Below, piece by piece: positions 1-6,166 of a DNA stretch of 55,802 bases. Source of the DNA: a virus (taxonomy: Duplodnaviria > Caudoviricetes); the IMG/VR virus record IMGVR_UViG_3300043451_000181, positions 1-55,802 of that record, one strand, 5' to 3'. Each line of letters begins with the position of its first letter. The stretch's first letter is position 1. The notes under the pieces are model-generated. The model searched no databases. It was not told the DNA's origin and saw only the letters and a list, made by a program, of their open reading frames with translations. The position numbers and the translations under genes were made by a program.

Positions 1-1
1 G

Positions 2-832
2 AACAACGTGATCATCAAGAAGTCATTCAGCGATGGCATCGAGTTCTTGCGAGGCGAGACTCTCAAAGAGACGGACCTCGACAAGATGGTCGTGAGTTAC
101 AGCACGGACATCACAACGGACTACCGAAACGAATATGCGCCGTTTGATCAGCTGAGCAAGCTGACTCAAGCACCAGGCCTGCACTGGGTTGCTCACCACC
201 TCAATGGTGGCTACCGCAACGAAGAGAACTGTATTCCAGGTTTCAACCTGGTGGTGATCGACGTCGATGGTGGAGTCAATCTCAGCACGGTCAAGCTGCT
301 GATGAAGAACTACAAGTTCCTCGTCTACACGACCAAGCGCCATACCGAAGACGAGAACCGTTTCCGCATCATCTTCCCGATCAACTACGAGTTGACGCTC
401 GATGCCAAGGACTACAAAGAGTTCATGAGCAACATCTACGAATGGCTCCCATTCGAATGTGATACGGCTACCGGCCAGCGTGCTCGCAAGTGGATGTCTC
501 ACGACGGCCACTTCGAATACAACGACGGTGACGTGCTCGATGCCCTGCCCTTCATTCCGAAAACCAGTAAGAACGAAGAGCGCAAGGAGCTCCTGAACTC
601 TCAGCACTCCATGGACAACCTCGAGCGTTGGGTCATGAATAACACAGGTGACGGCAACCGCAACAACATGATGCTGCGTTTCGCCATGATCCTGGTTGAT
701 GGTGGTTTCGAATTCGAACCTATCCGTCAGCGCGTCATGAGCCTGAACGAGAAGATTCCCGATAAGTTGGACGAAGCCGAGATCATGAGCACCATCATGA
801 TTACCGTAGCCAAGGCCATTGCAAAACGATGA
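2..832 (+). CDS. DNA primase, C-terminal part (N4 gp43-like; 5'-truncated by window)
   Basis: Frame open from the window edge. Contains a VVIDVDGG acidic primase motif, YTTKRH and a C-terminal PriCT-like GNRNNMMLRFAMILVD segment. Lies upstream of the gp44-like ATPase and SSB, as in N4. Confidence 0.8.
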   Translation, partial: NNVIIKKSFSDGIEFLRGETLKETDLDKMVVSYSTDITTDYRNEYAPFDQLSKLTQAPGLHWVAHHLNGGYRNEENCIPGFNLVVIDVDGGVNLSTVKLLMKNYKFLVYTTKRHTEDENRFRIIFPINYELTLDAKDYKEFMSNIYEWLPFECDTATGQRARKWMSHDGHFEYNDGDVLDALPFIPKTSKNEERKELLNSQHSMDNLERWVMNNTGDGNRNNMMLRFAMILVDGGFEFEPIRQRVMSLNEKIPDKLDEAEIMSTIMITVAKAIAKR

Positions 833-888
833 GCGACGGGCATTCAGACTTTCTGGATGCCTATCGCTATACCTATAAGGAGCCAAAA

Positions 889-1362
889 ATGGGCTGCGAT
901 ATTCACTGGTACTCAGAGACCAAAAAAGACGGCAAGTGGGTCTGCGATCAAGCAGCAAGCTTCAGTGTCGAAGACGAAGATGATCATGTCTACAAGGACA
1001 TGGACAACTTCCCCGGACGTGATCGTGACTACTGGTGGTTTGGATTCATCCAACCCGGTGTCCGCACCGAGTGGGACTTCGGCTTTGATGCGACGTCACT
1101 ACCTGACGACCTGTCTTCAGAAGTACAGCAACTGAATGATCAATGGGATGTCGATGGCCACAGCCATGGGCACCTGACTCGAGGCGATTTCAAAGCCAAG
1201 CTCACAGCAATGGCCGAGATGCGCACCGAGCAGTTGATCAATCCAACGCAAGAGCGTGACCAGATTAATCACTTTGTTGATTGCCTGGAAGGCGTTCTCA
1301 AACACCTGACCTCAGACGTGCCTGATGAAGATCAGCGCGTTGTGTTCTGGTTTGACAACTGA
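889..1362 (+). CDS. Conserved phage hypothetical protein (MGCDIH...DGHSH...RVVFWFDN)
   Basis: AAGGAG RBS precedes ATG 889 (ORF track starts at 829). His/Asp/Cys motifs suggest metal binding. Confidence 0.6.
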   Translation: MGCDIHWYSETKKDGKWVCDQAASFSVEDEDDHVYKDMDNFPGRDRDYWWFGFIQPGVRTEWDFGFDATSLPDDLSSEVQQLNDQWDVDGHSHGHLTRGDFKAKLTAMAEMRTEQLINPTQERDQINHFVDCLEGVLKHLTSDVPDEDQRVVFWFDN

Positions 1363-1410
1363 TCGTGGAAGGCGCCTCCGGGCGCTTCTGCGAACAACCA
1401 AGGAAAGTTC

Positions 1411-2136
1411 ATGTCTGAAACCAACGACCATCTAGTATTGCTGTGTGGCAAATCAGCCACCGGCAAGTCGGCATCACTGATGAATTTAGCTAACCCCGAA
1501 GGTGTGCTTTATCTCAACTGTGAGGCCGGCAAACGTCTGCCATTCAAAGCCAAGTTCATTCAGAAGACCGTTACCGATCCTCTGCAGATCAACGAAGCAT
1601 TTGACTGGGCAGAAACCAACCCCAATATTCACACCATTGTGGTTGACAGCCTCACCTACTTGCTGGATATGTACGAAAGCATTTACGTGCTCAACTCGGC
1701 CAACACCATGCAGGCGTGGGGTCAGTTTGCTCAGTATTACAAAACACTGATGCAGCAATATGTCGCACGTTCTACCAAGCGCGTGATCTTCATTGCCCAT
1801 ACATCCGACACCCTCAATGAGGGCGAGATGATTATGGAGACGAAGGTCCCCGTCAAAGGCAGCTTGAAGAACAACGGCATTGAGAGTTACTTCACCGTCG
1901 TCATCGCGTCGAAGAAGGTACCTCTCAAAACCCTCAAGGACTACGGCTCAGATCTTCTGACCGTGACCCCTGAGGAGGAAGCGCTTGGATTCAAGTACGT
2001 CTTCCAAACCAAGATCACAAAGGACACTGTCAACGAGCGTCTGCGTGGTCCGCTGGGGTTGTTCGAGACCAAGGAAACTTACATCGACAACAACATGCAA
2101 CTGGTCTTAGACCGACTCCACGAGTACTACGCTTAA
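1411..2136 (+). CDS. AAA-family ATPase (N4 gp44-like, Sak4-like)
   Basis: Walker A GKSATGKS and Walker B IVVDS; located between primase and SSB. Confidence 0.8.
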   Translation: MSETNDHLVLLCGKSATGKSASLMNLANPEGVLYLNCEAGKRLPFKAKFIQKTVTDPLQINEAFDWAETNPNIHTIVVDSLTYLLDMYESIYVLNSANTMQAWGQFAQYYKTLMQQYVARSTKRVIFIAHTSDTLNEGEMIMETKVPVKGSLKNNGIESYFTVVIASKKVPLKTLKDYGSDLLTVTPEEEALGFKYVFQTKITKDTVNERLRGPLGLFETKETYIDNNMQLVLDRLHEYYA

Positions 2137-2183
2137 CCGCGCGGTAGTCAATCACAAACCAAACCATAGAAAGAAATTCCATC

Positions 2184-2918
2184 ATGAACATGCTCGCAAA
2201 TCTGACGACCGACTCCTCCATTGCCGACGAAAAAGACTCCGTAGGCGGCGGTGGTGTACTCGAGTCGGGCATTTACGGCTGCAAAATCGCCATGGCCTAC
2301 TTGAGCAAAGCAGGCTCCGGCGCATTGGGCCTCGTGTTGACCTTGAAGACCGATGCAGGTCGTGACCTCAAACAGACTCTCTGGATGACGTCGGGTACTG
2401 CAAAGGGCGGCAAGAACTACTACGAGAAAGACGGTGAGAAGCACTATCTCCCAGGCTTTTTGCACGCCAACAGCCTCGCGTTGTTGACCGTGGGCAAAGA
2501 AATCTCTCAACTGGAAACCGAGACCAAAGTGGTCAACGTGTACAGCGCTGAAGCCAAGGCCGAAGTGCCCACGAAAGTGGAAGTGCTGATGGACTTGCTG
2601 AACCAAGAGATCATCGCTGGTGTGATCAAACAAACCGTCGACAAGACCAAGAAGAACGAAGCTGGTGCATACGAAGCCACGGGTGAAACTCGTGACGAGA
2701 ATGACATCGACAAGCTCTTCCGTGCAAAAGATCGCATGACCACCGCTGAAATCCGTGCGCAAGCCGAGACAGCGACGTTCATCGACACCTGGAGCAACAA
2801 GTGGACAGGCCAGACGAAAAACAAAGCCAAAGGTGCTTCCGGCACTGCTGGTGCTCCACAAGCCGCAGCAGGTGCTCCCGCTGCAGCCAAGAAGCCTACG
2901 ACTAGCTTGTTCGCTTAA
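2184..2918 (+). CDS. ssb: Single-stranded DNA-binding protein (N4 gp45-like)
   Basis: Synteny, KNYYEK...YLPGF motif and an Ala/Pro-rich tail ending SLFA, as in N4 SSB. Confidence 0.85.
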   Translation: MNMLANLTTDSSIADEKDSVGGGGVLESGIYGCKIAMAYLSKAGSGALGLVLTLKTDAGRDLKQTLWMTSGTAKGGKNYYEKDGEKHYLPGFLHANSLALLTVGKEISQLETETKVVNVYSAEAKAEVPTKVEVLMDLLNQEIIAGVIKQTVDKTKKNEAGAYEATGETRDENDIDKLFRAKDRMTTAEIRAQAETATFIDTWSNKWTGQTKNKAKGASGTAGAPQAAAGAPAAAKKPTTSLFA

Positions 2919-2940
2919 TAGCGAGCTCCGGTGAGTCCAA

Positions 2941-2971
2941 AGGGATGGTTTAATACCCATCCCTATTTTTT
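2941..2971 (+). terminator. Intrinsic terminator after ssb
   Basis: AGGGATGG-N8-CCATCCCT hairpin followed by ATTTTTT. Confidence 0.75.
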
Positions 2972-2989
2972 CGTCCACCAAGGAGCACT

Positions 2990-3187
2990 ATGAAAATCGA
3001 AGGTTCAACACCTGTCAAGCTCGAAGTGACTTTGGAAAATGTGACACACATCCTCAATGCCTTGGGTACCCAACCCTATGACAAAGTGGCCGGTGTGATT
3101 GCATCCATCCAAAGCCAGACAGCTCAGCAGATCAGGGCTTTAACTGAAACCGAACCGTCAAATCCTGATGGGGAGCAAAAGCCATGA
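2990..3187 (+). CDS. Hypothetical protein
   Basis: AAGGAG RBS; 65 aa with an IL-AL-xxPYxxV helical motif; overlaps the next gene by ATGA. Confidence 0.65.
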   Translation: MKIEGSTPVKLEVTLENVTHILNALGTQPYDKVAGVIASIQSQTAQQIRALTETEPSNPDGEQKP

Positions 3188-3468
3188 TCGAACAGCAAGA
3201 GAAACTGCCTCAAAAACTCACCGTTGCCGACATTTATTGCAAGATCAAGATGTCTGAGTACACGCTGCTAGGTGATGGTCGTACCACTGTTTGTCAACTC
3301 ACTCTTGAGAATGGCTTCACAGTGATCGGTACCAGCGCTTGCGTGAGCAAAGAGCAGTACAACCAAGCCTTGGGCGAGAAATTCGCCTACGAAAAGGCAT
3401 TTGAAGAGATTTGGCAACTGGAGGGCTACCTCCTGCGTCAACGTCGTTTTGAAGCTGGATTGGAGTGA
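3184..3468 (+). CDS. acb2: Acb2-like cyclic-nucleotide sponge (N4 gp49/Sf6 gp66 family)
   Basis: TTVCQLTLENGFTVIGTSACVS...GEKFAYEKAFEEIWQLEGYLL matches the family signature (NGFxVxGxSAC, IWxLEGYLL). Confidence 0.85.
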   Translation: MIEQQEKLPQKLTVADIYCKIKMSEYTLLGDGRTTVCQLTLENGFTVIGTSACVSKEQYNQALGEKFAYEKAFEEIWQLEGYLLRQRRFEAGLE

Positions 3469-3956
3469 CCATGAAGCAATACCTCGGGGTCAAACTGATC
3501 CACGCAAAACCCATGACTCGTCTGGAGTACAACAGCTTTCGCGGCTGGGATGTCCCCACGGACGAGAACCCAGACGACCCAGGCTACCTGGTGGAGTACC
3601 AAGATGGTGGCCAAGCCAACACCAAGGACTACGCCGGCTACGTGAGCTGGTCACCGAAAGCCGTCTTCGAGCGCGCGTATCACCCAACCGATGGCTTGAC
3701 CTTCGGCTTGGCGATCGAAGCCATGAAGATGGGCTACAAGGTGACCCGTGAGGGTTGGAACGGCAAGGGCATGTTCCTGTACTACGTCGGGGCAGATTAC
3801 TACCCCGTCAAGACAGAAGCTGCCAAGAGCTTCTATGGCTTGAACAGCATGGTTCCGTACCGTGCCTACATCGCCATGAAGACCGTGACCAACGAAGTGG
3901 TGCCATGGGTTGCCAGTCAATCCGACATCCTCGAATCTGACTGGATCATCCTATGA
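3465..3956 (+). CDS. tad2: Two-domain protein: N-terminal GYLVEY/SWSPK domain fused to DUF2829 (Tad2-like sponge); N4 gp48-like
   Basis: The C-terminal half FGLAIEAMKMGYKVTREGWNGKGMF...PWVASQSDILESDW is the DUF2829 signature. Confidence 0.75.
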   Translation: MTMKQYLGVKLIHAKPMTRLEYNSFRGWDVPTDENPDDPGYLVEYQDGGQANTKDYAGYVSWSPKAVFERAYHPTDGLTFGLAIEAMKMGYKVTREGWNGKGMFLYYVGADYYPVKTEAAKSFYGLNSMVPYRAYIAMKTVTNEVVPWVASQSDILESDWIIL

Positions 3957-4264
3957 GCGACGCTGTAGAAACCAAACCCGAAGCTGTCGAACAGGCTGAG
4001 ACCGTGCAAGTCACGGACCTCGATCAGTTCGTCAACCTCTTGATCCGCTGGCATGACACCAAGGTGCGTTTGCTCAAGCACATGCAAGAAATCCCGGCAG
4101 ACGCCGTTGTCGAAATCGATGGCGTGGACCATGCGTTCACACCAGAGATGCGACAAGGTTTCAACCTGGGCATCACCATTGCATTGAGTGAGCTCGGCAA
4201 CTTACCCTTCGCTGCTGAAGTAGACGAAGAACCTGCAGCTGCCAATGACGAGCAAAGTCATTAA
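3953..4264 (+). CDS. Hypothetical protein (N4-like conserved)
   Basis: 103 aa, overlapping both neighbours; GxxIALSELGNLPF motif. Confidence 0.6.
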   Translation: MSDAVETKPEAVEQAETVQVTDLDQFVNLLIRWHDTKVRLLKHMQEIPADAVVEIDGVDHAFTPEMRQGFNLGITIALSELGNLPFAAEVDEEPAAANDEQSH

Positions 4265-4826
4265 GGTTGTAGGTCAAGACCCCAGTCTTCGCAACTGGGG
4301 CCTGGCAGTTGGCACCCTGGATCTGGAAACCAAAAAACTCACGGTCGATTATGTTGATCTCACGAATCCTGTATTGCCCACCGGCAAGCAAGTCCGTCAG
4401 AATAGCACCGACCTTGAGTCAGCACTCCAGCTCTATAAAGGAGCCGCTGACGCCGCAATAGGCGCCCATGCAGTATTCGTAGAAGTCCCGGTCGGCAGTC
4501 AATCTGCTCGAGCGATGGCTTCCTACGGCATCTGCGTGGGAGTCCTTGGGGCATTGAGAGCGAACGGTATCCCCTTCTTCGAAGTGACCCCAACAGAGGT
4601 CAAACTTGCAACCGTAGGCACCAAGACAGCCACCAAGCAAGAGATGATCAACTGGGCAATGGCAGCACATCCTGAAGCTAATTGGCCCACGTACAAGCAA
4701 AAAGGTGAGACCATGGTGAGTGAGGCGAAAGCCGAACACATGGCCGACGCCATTGCTTCGATCTATGCAGGCATGACCTGCAATGCGTTTCAACAGATGC
4801 TGCCTTTCATCAAGGCAGCGAATTAA
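4245..4826 (+). CDS. RuvC-like Holliday junction resolvase
   Basis: VVGQDPSLRNWG (catalytic D), FVEVP (E), ATKQEM and EHMADA (C-terminal D): RNase H/RuvC fold motifs. Confidence 0.85.
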   Translation: MTSKVIKVVGQDPSLRNWGLAVGTLDLETKKLTVDYVDLTNPVLPTGKQVRQNSTDLESALQLYKGAADAAIGAHAVFVEVPVGSQSARAMASYGICVGVLGALRANGIPFFEVTPTEVKLATVGTKTATKQEMINWAMAAHPEANWPTYKQKGETMVSEAKAEHMADAIASIYAGMTCNAFQQMLPFIKAAN

Positions 4827-4837
4827 GGGAATACCAA

Positions 4838-5155
4838 ATGCAAATCCAATTCAAGCAAAGCGAAATCATTGCTGCACTGAAACAGTACATCGTGACTCAA
4901 GGCATCAACCTGCAAGGCAAGAGCGTGGAAATCGCGTTCTCAGCTACGCGCGGTGCTGCCGGTATCGTTGCTGATGTCACTATCGATGATGCCCAGATCC
5001 CTGGCTTCAGCGATGCAGCTGCAGATGATGCTAAGCCCGCCTTGACTGTGGTTCCCACCGCAGAAACCAAAGCAGCCGAAGAAGTCAAGCCAAAAGCTCT
5101 GGCTCCTGAAACTGCTGAAGGTCCCGCAGCACCGACCACGAGCCTTTTTAATTAA
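4838..5155 (+). CDS. Hypothetical protein
   Basis: 105 aa with RBS; Ala/Pro tail ending TTSLFN resembles the SSB tail (TTSLFA). Confidence 0.65.
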   Translation: MQIQFKQSEIIAALKQYIVTQGINLQGKSVEIAFSATRGAAGIVADVTIDDAQIPGFSDAAADDAKPALTVVPTAETKAAEEVKPKALAPETAEGPAAPTTSLFN

Positions 5156-5163
5156 GGCTGTGT

Positions 5164-5349
5164 GTGCAGTGGCTTAAAAGTATCGGCTACATCGTAGCCG
5201 CAATGCTGGCCATTGCAGTAGTCATCCTTGCAGGAACCTTCATCTCCGCAGTGCTTGCTGCCATCGGTGCTTTCATCGTTGGCGCCTTTGCTGTCGGATT
5301 CGTAGCGCTCCTGATCAAGGAACTCTGCGAAGGCGGATTGCGCAAATAG
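5164..5349 (+). CDS. Small membrane protein
   Basis: 61 aa with two hydrophobic segments; GTG start. Confidence 0.5.
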   Translation: MQWLKSIGYIVAAMLAIAVVILAGTFISAVLAAIGAFIVGAFAVGFVALLIKELCEGGLRK

Positions 5350-5402
5350 CGCATCTAAGATCAACCCGAGATCTAGAATAGTGGGGCTCTAAGCCACTAG
5401 AT

Positions 5403-5423
5403 TGACACCCCGGAAAGACGGGG
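5403..5423 (+). repeat. TGAC-R-stem-GARAGA motif, copy 1
   Basis: TGACA CCCCG GAAAGA CGGGG. Confidence 0.85.
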
Positions 5424-5717
5424 ACCATCACGTATGGGGACTGGCAACGGGTTAGCGCCGTTGTTCATTGCTTTTAGCCATGAGACTCCTTCCCTACACT
5501 GCTTTATGTGAGCAGTCCCCACCCGTGATGGTGAACGCAGTAGCGTAGGTTGAAAGCCCATAACAGGCCGTAGAGCTAGTAGCCATCAACCCATTACTCG
5601 AGCGACGGCCAAAGCCTGAACTCCATGTCCGGCCATGATACGGGGACCGGCACAAGCTGGATTGTTTGTAATTGCGACACGAGAACGCCTGGAGATCAGA
5701 AGTCCAGCAGAACGGCG

Positions 5718-5738
5718 TGACGCCTCGGAGAGACGAGG
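5718..5738 (+). repeat. TGAC-R-stem-GARAGA motif, copy 2
   Basis: TGACG CCTCG GAGAGA CGAGG. Confidence 0.85.
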
Positions 5739-5944
5739 ATTTTTTGTGAACTTGTCTTGGGCTGCTGCAGCGGCAGTGCTAGACGTTGACAAGACTCCCT
5801 TCGAAAGGAGCCCGGTCAACGAGACAAACCTCACGACGGTGCATCAAGACGAGTTCACAAAGAATCGAAACACGAAGACAAACAAGTTCAAGGGTTGCTC
5901 ATTCTAGATGTCGAGCGAACCTGAGGCTAACGCATCCGAGGGCG

Positions 5945-5965
5945 TGACATCCTGGAGAGACAGGA
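5945..5965 (+). repeat. TGAC-R-stem-GARAGA motif, copy 3
   Basis: TGACA TCCTG GAGAGA CAGGA. Confidence 0.85.
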
Positions 5966-6064
5966 ACCAAATTCAAGAGCAGCGGTAATATACGGACTAC
6001 CAGCATGAGCTACCAGGTACCGCGGTAAATCCTGGGGCAGGCAATAGTGCACACAAGCCTCGTA

Positions 6065-6085
6065 TGACACATCGGAGAGACGGTG
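6065..6085 (+). repeat. TGAC-R-stem-GARAGA motif, copy 4
   Basis: TGACA CATCG GAGAGA CGGTG (one U-G wobble). Confidence 0.85.
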
Positions 6086-6166
6086 CTTATGAATGGGGGT
6101 TACGCTTTTATATCGTGGCGATAGTAGCTGTAGGGTAACTTCTTACCTGTAGCCCCCACCCATAAG

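Larger units (their letters stand above)
5370..6166 (+). ncRNA. Putative structured non-coding RNA array
   Basis: No convincing ORF. Four covarying hairpin motifs and several long stems whose mismatches read as G-U wobbles on the + strand. Confidence 0.65.

Noticed and set aside
5586-5907. ORFs 5635..5907 (+) and 5586..5834 (-)
   Set aside because: No clear RBS, atypical composition, and they overlie covarying RNA stems; more likely incidental.
5403-6085. CRISPR mini-array or Cas13-type direct repeat (copy 1 superficially resembles GACxACCCC...GGGGAC)
   Set aside because: Copies are not identical, spacing is long and irregular (120-315 nt), intervening sequence is highly structured, and no cas gene is in the window.
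4245-6166. RuvC protein plus RNA array as an RNA-guided nuclease (TnpB/TIGR-Tas-like)
   Set aside because: The 193-aa protein is a stand-alone resolvase-type RuvC expected in N4-like phages, with no Nop, Zn-finger or REC domain, and the array lacks short regular repeat units.
5350-6166. tRNA cluster
   Set aside because: No complete cloverleaf; the TTCGAAA near 5800 is in a hairpin with no acceptor or anticodon arms.
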